The position numbers and the translations under genes are program-made. Below, piece after piece: positions 1 to 6,283 of a stretch of DNA of 11,283 nt. The notes beneath the pieces are model-generated. The model did no database searches and was not told the DNA's origin. It saw only the letters and a program-made list of their open reading frames with translations. The stretch comes from a virus (taxonomy: Duplodnaviria > Heunggongvirae > Uroviricota > Caudoviricetes), in IMG/VR virus record IMGVR_UViG_2675903654_000023; one strand, 5' to 3'. The number at the start of each line of letters is the position of its first letter. Position 1 is the stretch's first letter.

Positions 1-516
1 ATGAAATTTAAAAAATGTCTTCTGCCTGTGGCAATGTTAGCGTCATTCACTCTGGCAGGATGCCAGTCAAATGCTGACGATCATGCCGCCGATGTTTATC
101 AAACCGATCAACTGAATACCAAACAAGAAACTAAAACCGTTAATATTATTTCCATTCTTCCCGCAAAAGTTGCCGTAGACAACTCCCAAAATAAACGGAA
201 CGCACAAGCCTTCGGCGCGCTTATTGGCGCAGTCGCTGGCGGTGTTATCGGCCACAACGTCGGTTCTGGCAGCAATTCCGGAACGACGGCAGGGGCAGTT
301 GGCGGCGGAGCTGTAGGCGCGGCAGTGGGTTCTATGGTGAATGATAAAACCTTAGTGGAAGGTGTTTCTTTAACATATAAGGAAGGCACCAAAGTGTATA
401 CCTCTACCCAGGTGGGTAAAGAGTGCCAGTTTACGACAGGTTTAGCCGTTGTTATTACCACAACGTATAACGAAACGCGTATTCAGCCAAATACTAAATG
501 TCCTGAAAAGAGCTAA
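1..516 (+). CDS. Outer-membrane lipoprotein with a glycine-zipper core (YcfJ / 17-kDa-antigen-like)
   Basis: ORF from the track. The N-terminus has a signal peptide ending in a lipobox (LAGC). The central segment is Gly/Ala-rich (GAVAGGVIGH...GGGAVGAAVG), typical of glycine-zipper lipoproteins. The ATG is at window position 1, so no upstream RBS can be inspected. Confidence 0.65.
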   Translation: MKFKKCLLPVAMLASFTLAGCQSNADDHAADVYQTDQLNTKQETKTVNIISILPAKVAVDNSQNKRNAQAFGALIGAVAGGVIGHNVGSGSNSGTTAGAVGGGAVGAAVGSMVNDKTLVEGVSLTYKEGTKVYTSTQVGKECQFTTGLAVVITTTYNETRIQPNTKCPEKS

Positions 517-531
517 TAATCAGGAGGAGTC

Positions 532-1071
532 ATGAAGAAAGTTTTTCTTTGCGCCATCTTGGCCTCCTTAAGCTATCCGGCTATCGCCTCATCATTGCAG
601 GATCAACTCTCTGCTGTAGCAGAAGCTGAACAGCAAGGTAAAAATGAAGAGCAAAGGCAGCATGACGAATGGGTCGCGGAGCGCAACAGGGAAATCCAGC
701 AAGAGAAGCAACGTCGCGCAAATGCCCAGGCCGCCGCTAACAAAAGAGCGGCAACGGCAGCGGCAAATAAGAAAGCTCGTCAGGATAAACTGGACGCCGA
801 AGCCTCTGCGGACAAAAAACGCGATCAAAGTTATGAAGATGAGCTACGCAGCTTAGAGATTCAGAAACAAAAACTGGCGCTGGCAAAAGAAGAAGCCCGC
901 GTTAAGCGAGAAAACGAATTTATCGATCAGGAACTGAAGCACAAAGCTGCGCAAACCGATGTGGTGCAATCTGAAGCTGACGCCAACAGAAATATGACTG
1001 AAGGCGGTCGCGATCTGATGAAAAGCGTGGGCAAAGCAGAAGAGAACAAATCGGACAGCTGGTTTAATTAA
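532..1071 (+). CDS. Secreted/periplasmic highly charged protein of unknown function
   Basis: Strong RBS (AGGAGG) 5-6 nt upstream of the ATG at 532. N-terminal signal peptide (MKKVFLCAILASLSYPAIASS) followed by a Lys/Glu/Gln/Ala-rich low-complexity body. Starts 16 nt after the upstream lipoprotein gene, so the two are probably one operon. Confidence 0.6.
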   Translation: MKKVFLCAILASLSYPAIASSLQDQLSAVAEAEQQGKNEEQRQHDEWVAERNREIQQEKQRRANAQAAANKRAATAAANKKARQDKLDAEASADKKRDQSYEDELRSLEIQKQKLALAKEEARVKRENEFIDQELKHKAAQTDVVQSEADANRNMTEGGRDLMKSVGKAEENKSDSWFN

Positions 1072-1108
1072 TCGATGTTAGTAACTTCAAGCCTATGATT
1101 CTTGAAGA

Positions 1109-1142
1109 TAAAAAACCCTCTGTAATAACAGAGGGTTTTGTT
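1109..1142. terminator. Bidirectional intrinsic terminator between the convergent 532-1071 gene and the lysis cassette
   Basis: Seen directly: A-run, then stem CCCTCTG (1116-1122), loop TAATAA, stem CAGAGGG (1129-1135), then TTTTGTT. The hairpin plus U-run reads the same way on both strands. A second hairpin (CTTCAAG-N9-CTTGAAG, about 1084-1107) lies just upstream. Confidence 0.6.
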
Positions 1143-1290
1143 CATTCATAGTGCAGGGATTAAAATCATTCCCACTCAATTATTTACGGATACCATAACC
1201 AATTGAGTGGTAACATTTTTCCAAAGCTCAATTTTTCCCGTACCGTTTTATATACCGTCACCGGAAATCAGTACCATGAAAAATACCATG

Positions 1291-1773
1291 CTATCTGGTC
1301 AGGGTGTCATACTGTTTTTCGCAGACTCTTCCGGCTTCGGCTGCCCGGTCAGCATACTCTGCCAGTTGTCTATTTCTCTCGAGAGATTTGCTGAACACGT
1401 CGGCAAGCAAAACTCCGGTATCTGCGGCTGACGCCCCAGCGCCGACAATGGCGTTATATTGCCTGAGCTGCTCACGGATGGCAACGAGCTGTCGCTGCAA
1501 CCTGCCAGCGCGAGCGGCAGCATCAAGAGCATCACTGCGCGCCTGATCGATTCTCTGCTGCGCTTCACGTTCATTGGTCACTTTCTCCTGTTCGTAGTAC
1601 TGACGAACTTTGTCTTCTTCGGCTTTGCGGTCTTCTTCCGCCTGCGCATACCCGGCATCGTACTGGCGGCTGCCGTGTATATTCCAGGCAACCACTCCGA
1701 CGATGAACAGAGCAGCAAGCATCAACACGATAAGCAGCTGTTTCCAATATGATTTTACGAATGTCAGGATCAT
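1291..1773 (-). CDS. Rz-like i-spanin (inner-membrane lysis protein)
   Basis: N-terminal transmembrane segment ([18 protein letters not shown]) followed by a charged, coiled-coil-like periplasmic domain. Its ATG overlaps the endolysin stop in an ATGA junction at 1770-1773. It is the last gene of the lysis cassette. Confidence 0.75.
   Translation of the reverse strand: MILTFVKSYWKQLLIVLMLAALFIVGVVAWNIHGSRQYDAGYAQAEEDRKAEEDKVRQYYEQEKVTNEREAQQRIDQARSDALDAAARAGRLQRQLVAIREQLRQYNAIVGAGASAADTGVLLADVFSKSLERNRQLAEYADRAAEAGRVCEKQYDTLTR
1299..1574 (-). CDS. Rz1-like o-spanin lipoprotein embedded in a different frame inside Rz
   Basis: Lies entirely within the Rz gene in another frame. Encodes a signal peptide with lipobox LALAGC and a Pro/Ser-containing mature part. 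The longest ORF starts at 1574; an internal ATG at 1532 ([12 protein letters not shown]...) is the more likely start. Confidence 0.55.
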   Translation of the reverse strand: MNVKRSRESIRRAVMLLMLPLALAGCSDSSLPSVSSSGNITPLSALGRQPQIPEFCLPTCSANLSREIDNWQSMLTGQPKPEESAKNSMTP

Positions 1774-2399
1774 ACCGTCAGCACCTTACTGGCAGTGATG
1801 TATCGCGCTCGCCGGTCGTCTATGCCGTTCCTGCCACCATTGATAATCAGAGTTACACGAGCAATATCGCCGGTATACTTCATGCAGCCTTTGCCGGAGA
1901 AGAACCACGCCGCGCTACGAGCCGCGTATTCGTCCTGCGCCAGCAGTTCAGGATTCTCCAGCAGGTCAACTTTCAGACCGTTTCCACAGTCACGATAGTT
2001 ATTCAAACCGGTAATCTGGATAAGCCCGCGCCCACGGTAATTCCAGCCATCGCCGGGAGCATTGTTACCCATGCGTTTGCTGTATACCAGATTTGCGATC
2101 GCGCGCTGGCGCTCAAGTGGCAATGGTGGTTCACCAGCACGGCGACCCAGTGCATTAGCCTGCCCCTGAGTGAGACGCCCAGCCCGAACGAAGTTAGCTA
2201 GACCGCTGACACTGTAGTTGAAATTCTCCTGCAACCGGGTGAAACCACCAGACTCATGCCCGACCTGAGCAATAAACATTGCCTGATCTTCGGTTTTGCT
2301 GATACCAAACTCTTTCATCGCAGAAGTTATATGCGAGAACCAGCGTGCGGCCAACGCCTCGCTAATACCAGCAGCTCGCTGGAATTGTTTAATCTCCAT
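1770..2399 (-). CDS. Phage endolysin, glycoside hydrolase family 19 (chitinase-like lysozyme)
   Basis: The protein carries motifs recalled from GH19 phage endolysins ([24 protein letters not shown]). RBS GAGG lies 7 nt upstream of the ATG at 2399. It overlaps the upstream membrane-protein gene by 11 nt and the downstream Rz gene by 4 nt. Confidence 0.85.
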   Translation of the reverse strand: MEIKQFQRAAGISEALAARWFSHITSAMKEFGISKTEDQAMFIAQVGHESGGFTRLQENFNYSVSGLANFVRAGRLTQGQANALGRRAGEPPLPLERQRAIANLVYSKRMGNNAPGDGWNYRGRGLIQITGLNNYRDCGNGLKVDLLENPELLAQDEYAARSAAWFFSGKGCMKYTGDIARVTLIINGGRNGIDDRRARYITASKVLTV

Positions 2400-2697
2400 G
2401 TTTAGACCTCGTTATTTTAAAAATCTGCACAACGTTACCGCGCGTTTTAATAACCGCAGCAAGCATGACAGCGTTGATAATGACCTCAGATAAATCCACA
2501 GCCATTGGCGTGCGTAACCAGATTGCATAAACGACACGAACAGGAATACTGGCCGCAGCAACAATCAGGAAATAAGCAATCCACCCACCCCATCTTCGGT
2601 GTTGAGATCCGTTACGCTGGAAAGTGACAACGCGAATTGCTATGCCAGTACAAATAACTGCATTGGTGATAATTAAAAAAAGGTCATGCGTTACCAT
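2389..2697 (-). CDS. Holin-like small membrane protein (three predicted transmembrane segments, charged C-terminus)
   Basis: Three hydrophobic segments and a basic C-terminal tail ([19 protein letters not shown]). Sits immediately upstream of the endolysin and overlaps it. A GGAG-type RBS precedes the ATG at 2697. Confidence 0.55.
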   Translation of the reverse strand: MVTHDLFLIITNAVICTGIAIRVVTFQRNGSQHRRWGGWIAYFLIVAAASIPVRVVYAIWLRTPMAVDLSEVIINAVMLAAVIKTRGNVVQIFKITRSKHGD

Positions 2698-3097
2698 CGT
2701 CTTTTCTCCCCGGAATTAACTCGCGTGGATTATCGGAACGGTGATAGAGCCATATACCAATACGAACAGCGACAATTGCCGACACGAACGCACCTGCAGA
2801 AAATACAATCCCTTTCTCGAATGAGTCCTGCGTGATGGTTGGAATCAGGCTAGCTATGCCGATAAGAATTGATGCTGCCGGTTTGTAGAAAAGAAGGCCG
2901 CAGAGAAAGCTGAGCATCGACAGAAGAACACGACGACGGATTGGGTATTCTACTGCAGAGGTAACAAAAATTACCGCACCAGCCAAAGATCCCAAAGCGA
3001 CCTCTGGAGGAACTCCTGCTATCACCGCAGCAAGAGAACTAACGCTAAGCCACTGATTTAATGATTCACTTGTTAGACCAGCAGACATTGCAACCAC
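2684..3097 (-). CDS. Lysis-associated polytopic membrane protein (holin or antiholin candidate)
   Basis: Four to five hydrophobic segments and a charged C-terminus; it is the first gene of the lysis cassette. The longest ORF begins at a GTG (3097-3095); an ATG three codons downstream (3088-3086) has a GGTGG Shine-Dalgarno 5 nt upstream and is the more likely start. Confidence 0.5.
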   Translation of the reverse strand: MVAMSAGLTSESLNQWLSVSSLAAVIAGVPPEVALGSLAGAVIFVTSAVEYPIRRRVLLSMLSFLCGLLFYKPAASILIGIASLIPTITQDSFEKGIVFSAGAFVSAIVAVRIGIWLYHRSDNPRELIPGRKDDGNA

Positions 3098-3191
3098 CGT
3101 TTACTGTTCATGACACCCCCTTAGTTGAGTGGGTATATCATACACAATAAACCGTAAACGGATAATCAACCTAAGATTAGCCCGAACAAAG

Positions 3192-3206
3192 TTACCTTAT
3201 AGGTAA
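3192..3206. promoter_or_regulatory. Palindromic operator-like site TTACC-N5-GGTAA (copy 1 of 4)
   Basis: Seen directly: gTTACCttataGGTAAa. It lies in the AT-rich intergenic island between the lysis cassette (minus strand) and a small plus-strand ORF. Confidence 0.45.
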
Positions 3207-3271
3207 AACTCTTACTGTTGAATGTTAATTTATATAGGTTTCCCTTTCGGATGTTAAAGAGTGGGAATCGC

Positions 3272-3442
3272 ATGAACACAATAACTAAATTTGGGCACTG
3301 GTTTATCATGGCGATGGGGATTGCATGCCTGTTAATGCTAATAACAGGCATTTCCTCTGCGAAAGTTTTTGTTGGTGTTGATATCGCAATGATAGCGATA
3401 TGGCTATGGGATGAATATTCCCACTGGAAGCACAAGCAATAG
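3272..3442 (+). CDS. Hypothetical small membrane protein (56 aa, two hydrophobic segments)
   Basis: Internal ATG of track ORF 3218-3442. A purine-rich stretch (AGAGTGGGAA) precedes the ATG. Lies in an AT-rich island convergent with the tailspike gene. Coding status is uncertain. Confidence 0.3.
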   Translation: MNTITKFGHWFIMAMGIACLLMLITGISSAKVFVGVDIAMIAIWLWDEYSHWKHKQ

Positions 3443-5518
3443 CTATTTATTGGAAAATAAATTCTCAAGCTTGCTAATTCTGGCTTCCAGTTTCTGCCGC
3501 TCTCTCCGCTGATATGCAGCTTCCAGCCAGAGACATTGATCAGCACGAATGCCCCATCGGTTTCCCGCTGGCGTAACCAGCAGCCTGCCCTCAGGCTTTA
3601 CAATCTCTGTCCAGGCTTCTTTCTTGACGATTTGCTGCATTGATACATCCAAAATAGAAGAATACTCGGCAGGATGCTCAACCACTTCCTCAGGGATAAT
3701 CTCGTACTGGTCTTGCCATTCATCGTAACAGAGCAGGCCAAATCGAGTCCCGTCGATTCCTTTCGACTCGAATGCCTCTTTAACCTGTTGTGCAATAACG
3801 CCAAAATGCCAACGTGCGCCAGCCTGCCCCTTTTCTTTAATAGAATTCAGCCACTGAAAAGCGATTATTGAAACTTCCCCCCACGCGTCAAGTATTGCAT
3901 TTTCATCAACAGCCATGAATTTCGATAGCTCTGATACTTTAATCGGCTGTGATTTTTCACGGCCGTCTGAAGTATTAATTGAACCAGTGCCTGCAAAAAC
4001 GGTGCTCCAGCGGTTTACGATATCACCCAAAGGTGTTGAGTTATCATTACCAGGGGTTAACGCGCGCTGGGAGACTGCGGCAGGCTTAATCTGGAGACGC
4101 ACCTCATTTCCGGATACAAATTTTAAACTAGTGTCGCCTGTTGTACCTAAATAAGTCCCGTTTACATCAGTTGTCACAAAGCCGTGAAAGTTACCGGTCG
4201 CCCCGCCGCGCCAGCTTATGGCGTAAGTTAATTGCGACGGATCTATGCCAAATCCTGCAGCGCCATTCTGGAACATCTTGCCAAGGTTCGGAGCATAATA
4301 GCCATAGCCATTCATCTGTCGGACATTTATAGCTACGTTCGCTCCCCGAGCCGCTTTTAAATGCTCAATATAAACGCCGCTTTGTTCACCTACAATGCCA
4401 GTACTTCCAAGCAAAACATCATTGATATATACCCCTCTGCGGTCGAGTATCGTCCCGGTTCCATTATGTGATGGGGATGAATAAAATCCCTGCATGTTTT
4501 CCAGAGTTCCGCTTCCGGCGTAATTAATACGATCTTGAAAGCTGAAAGCGTGATTTTGAGCGTGGCCGCCAGTTATGATTAGCGTTGAATCAAAAGCTCC
4601 ATATCCGCCATAGTCGGAGGCCTGATTAATAACTGTCTTATCTGCGAAGGCGTGGCAGTTCGTTGGCGCGTTATCGATACGACGAGCCACGTTTATGGCG
4701 TCTCTTAGCGAATCAGGCGACGGCCATGTAGCGCCAGCCACGCCGACTGGCTGGTCGCCAACTATAAGATTTCCGTACGTGGTTGAGATGCGTAAACCGC
4801 CTGTCATTGTGTCGCCGCGCTTGTCGACTGCGTTACCTACCCTTTTGACTCCATCAGGCTGAGCCAGGGTTATCAGTACGTCAGAGGCGCTACCGCTTTG
4901 TGGAACAACAGTAATTGGATTTCCTGATGAATCGAAAGCCAATAGCTGATTTGCTCGCATCGACACGCCAGGAACTGGGCCTACATAACTCTCCGGAACC
5001 CGTAGCGTGCGGTTGAAGTTAACGTTGTTAAGCGTATCAACATAATTTTTAGTGGCTGCATCTTGGGGGGTTGAAGGATCGCGTAAGTTTCTGATGTAAT
5101 TGTTAAGCGCATCATAATAATTTGCCACGAATGACGGCTTACGCAGCGCCAAGCTAAACCAACTTCGAACCTGCTGGATCAGCATCGTTAGCTTATCAAA
5201 AGCATCCTCATGCACTTCTGCAAAGAACTTACCCTGATTACGCAAATCAGTTTCCTGCGTAACCGGGAGCTCTCGTGATATAGAAATCTGATAACCGCTA
5301 ACCAATGCCTTCGACAGAATTATATTGCCACCATTGTATCCTCCAGCCCCAGTAACTATGTAATCAGTGTCAAGAATCAGCTCTGTGATGTTCTCGTTCA
5401 GGTCAACAACCTGCACTACTAAATCAGATTTCTGGAAAATCCTGAAGGTATAAGGGAATGTCGTTGTAACACCGTTACCGGTGTATTCGTTGTGGTCAAC
5501 TTCGGTTGAGACCGTCAT
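3443..5518 (-). CDS. Tailspike / tail fibre protein with a C-terminal intramolecular chaperone (peptidase S74-like) domain
   Basis: 691 aa. The N-terminal roughly 120 aa resemble the particle-binding N-domain of podovirus tail fibres/tailspikes (YTGNGVTTTFPYTF...). The central region is Gly/Asn/Thr-rich, consistent with a beta-helix receptor-binding or depolymerase domain. The C-terminal roughly 175 aa start with an S-D-x-R-x-K motif (SDGREK, about residue 517, nt about 3968-3970), the hallmark of self-cleaving chaperone domains. RBS GGAG lies 7 nt upstream of the ATG at 5518. Confidence 0.85.
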   Translation of the reverse strand: MTVSTEVDHNEYTGNGVTTTFPYTFRIFQKSDLVVQVVDLNENITELILDTDYIVTGAGGYNGGNIILSKALVSGYQISISRELPVTQETDLRNQGKFFAEVHEDAFDKLTMLIQQVRSWFSLALRKPSFVANYYDALNNYIRNLRDPSTPQDAATKNYVDTLNNVNFNRTLRVPESYVGPVPGVSMRANQLLAFDSSGNPITVVPQSGSASDVLITLAQPDGVKRVGNAVDKRGDTMTGGLRISTTYGNLIVGDQPVGVAGATWPSPDSLRDAINVARRIDNAPTNCHAFADKTVINQASDYGGYGAFDSTLIITGGHAQNHAFSFQDRINYAGSGTLENMQGFYSSPSHNGTGTILDRRGVYINDVLLGSTGIVGEQSGVYIEHLKAARGANVAINVRQMNGYGYYAPNLGKMFQNGAAGFGIDPSQLTYAISWRGGATGNFHGFVTTDVNGTYLGTTGDTSLKFVSGNEVRLQIKPAAVSQRALTPGNDNSTPLGDIVNRWSTVFAGTGSINTSDGREKSQPIKVSELSKFMAVDENAILDAWGEVSIIAFQWLNSIKEKGQAGARWHFGVIAQQVKEAFESKGIDGTRFGLLCYDEWQDQYEIIPEEVVEHPAEYSSILDVSMQQIVKKEAWTEIVKPEGRLLVTPAGNRWGIRADQCLWLEAAYQRRERQKLEARISKLENLFSNK

Positions 5519-5674
5519 GTTAAATCTCCGGATAGTCGCAGCACCCGTTGCGCCGCATATCCGGTTATTCTATTACCTGAAAAACCACATATGGATATAT
5601 AACCCATAAATACGAACAGATATTACCTTTCAGGTGATTCGCAAAACGTGCTGGATAGCAAACAAATTATTTGA

Positions 5675-5694
5675 TACTGTATATTTATACAGTT
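5675..5694. promoter_or_regulatory. LexA (SOS) box
   Basis: Seen directly: TACTGTATATTTATACAGTT, matching the CTGT-N8-ACAG LexA consensus (TACTGTATATATATACAGTA) at 18 of 20 positions. It ends 19 nt upstream of the ATG at 5714. A possible -35 (TTGATA, 5671-5676) abuts it. Confidence 0.7.
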
Positions 5695-5713
5695 ATTGCA
5701 TGGAGAAGATAAG

Positions 5714-5971
5714 ATGCAGCAGTATCACTATCCACTGGAAGACGGATTTACCGAAAGGATTCACACGCCGGGAGGCGTCAGGTCACTGGTGGAGGGATCG
5801 CACTTGATGAAATTACTCCGGGATCTCGATAAGGATGGATTTAATGTCGATGGCCCACTTGCCGAACTGACTGCACTGATTAACTACGTCACCAGCTCAC
5901 AGATGTCTATGCGGGATCTGCAAACACATCTCGACTATTGTGCCGAACAATTACGAAAACAAACCAGATAA
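5714..5971 (+). CDS. Small stand-alone antirepressor C-domain protein (85 aa), probably SOS-controlled
   Basis: RBS GGAG (5702-5705) precedes the ATG at 5714. The protein aligns without gaps over about 72 residues with the shared C-terminal domain of the two larger antirepressor-like proteins, at roughly 45-50% identity by eye (IHTPGGV...LMKLL...DG..V.G..AELT...RDLQTH..Y). The LexA box lies immediately upstream. Confidence 0.6.
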   Translation: MQQYHYPLEDGFTERIHTPGGVRSLVEGSHLMKLLRDLDKDGFNVDGPLAELTALINYVTSSQMSMRDLQTHLDYCAEQLRKQTR

Positions 5972-5974
5972 GGT

Positions 5975-6003
5975 TTGCAATTACCAAGTGGAGTGCTTAT
6001 ATT
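5975..6003 (+). promoter_or_regulatory. Sigma70-type promoter of the plus-arm sRNA-like element
   Basis: Seen directly: -35 TTGCAA (5975-5980), 17-nt spacer, -10 TATATT (5998-6003). It begins 4 nt after the stop codon of the 85-aa gene. Confidence 0.5.
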
Positions 6004-6017
6004 TACCTTTGCGGTAA
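6003..6017. promoter_or_regulatory. Palindromic operator-like site TTACC-N5-GGTAA (copy 2 of 4), overlapping the -10/+1 of the sRNA promoter
   Basis: Seen directly: ATTTACCtttgcGGTAAAT, an extended 7-5-7 palindrome. Confidence 0.5.
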
Positions 6018-6130
6018 ATTTACATCGCACTCCTCTTGTGCCATAGTAATCGGGCACTGGCAAAATCCAGTGCCGGGATTGGCGTCCCGGATTACTACAG
6101 AGGCACATATGCCGCATAAGCGGTTTTTTT
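6010..6130 (+). ncRNA. Candidate structured small RNA / terminated leader (plus arm)
   Basis: Bounded by the promoter above and an intrinsic terminator (GCCGC-ATAA-GCGG followed by seven T, about 6111-6130). The core (about 6004-6097) is more than 95% identical to the inverted copy at 8993-9086. It contains stable hairpins (GGCACTGG-CAAAAT-CCAGTGCC and CCGGGA-TTGGCG-TCCCGG). No conserved ORF spans it. Confidence 0.5.
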
Positions 6131-6225
6131 ATGTGTAAAACGCACCTATTCTATGGTGGGCTGTGTGGGGGCACCGAAAGGTGCGCCGGGTCCTTTGTAG
6201 CCGGTTACGCCAACTCTGCACAGTT

Positions 6226-6256
6226 CACCACCAACCGATTGGCGTCGGTAGTGGTG
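6226..6256 (+). promoter_or_regulatory. Leader hairpin upstream of the Bro-N antirepressor RBS, loop UUGGCG
   Basis: Seen directly: CACCACC-A-ACCGA-TTGGCG-TCGGT-A-GTGGTG. The loop is identical to the hairpin-2 loop of the plus-arm sRNA element. The hairpin ends about 27 nt before the ATG at 6284. Confidence 0.45.
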
Positions 6257-6283
6257 ATTAACCTAACTACAAAGGTGATCACT

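Noticed and set aside
1072-1290. tRNA gene or attachment site at the putative prophage boundary
   Set aside because: No tRNA-like sequence (no T-arm-like GTTCGA-type motif or cloverleaf) was seen. The perfect inverted repeat at 1172-1210 is reported as a finding but cannot be called an att site from this window alone.
1304-2201. Plus-strand track ORFs antisense to the Rz and endolysin genes (1304-1546, 1459-1752, 1610-1798, 1749-2201, 1795-1998)
   Set aside because: They lie fully inside well-supported minus-strand genes, have no ribosome-binding sites, and their translations are low-complexity (Ser/Ala/Arg-rich), typical of antisense frames.
3166-3546. 126-aa minus-strand track ORF spanning the AT-rich island and the tailspike 3' end
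   Set aside because: It overlaps the tailspike stop region in another frame, has no RBS, and is a typical long ORF arising in AT-poor-stop antisense sequence.
3598-4332. Short ORFs within or antisense to the tailspike gene (3598-3804, 3674-3871, 3915-4154, 4141-4332)
   Set aside because: They are embedded in a 691-codon gene with clear domain architecture; no start signals.
5714-5971. DinI-like fold for the shared antirepressor C-domain, by analogy with the C-terminus of phage 186 Tum
   Set aside because: The domain shows no resemblance by eye to DinI as I recall it; the analogy is kept at the level of regulation only.
5935-6138. Track ORFs 5938-6138 (+) and 5935-6117 (-) overlapping the plus-arm sRNA-like element
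   Set aside because: The region is a near-identical inverted copy of 8993-9086. It has hairpins, its own promoter and a terminator, and no RBS. Where the copies differ, the changes preserve RNA stems rather than a reading frame.
5975-6283. Antisense base-pairing between the sRNA-like element and the antirepressor leader
   Set aside because: I looked for the reverse complement of the leader loop block (for example CGCCAATC) in the sRNA and did not find it. The shared blocks are same-sense, so simple antisense pairing is not supported by the sequence.
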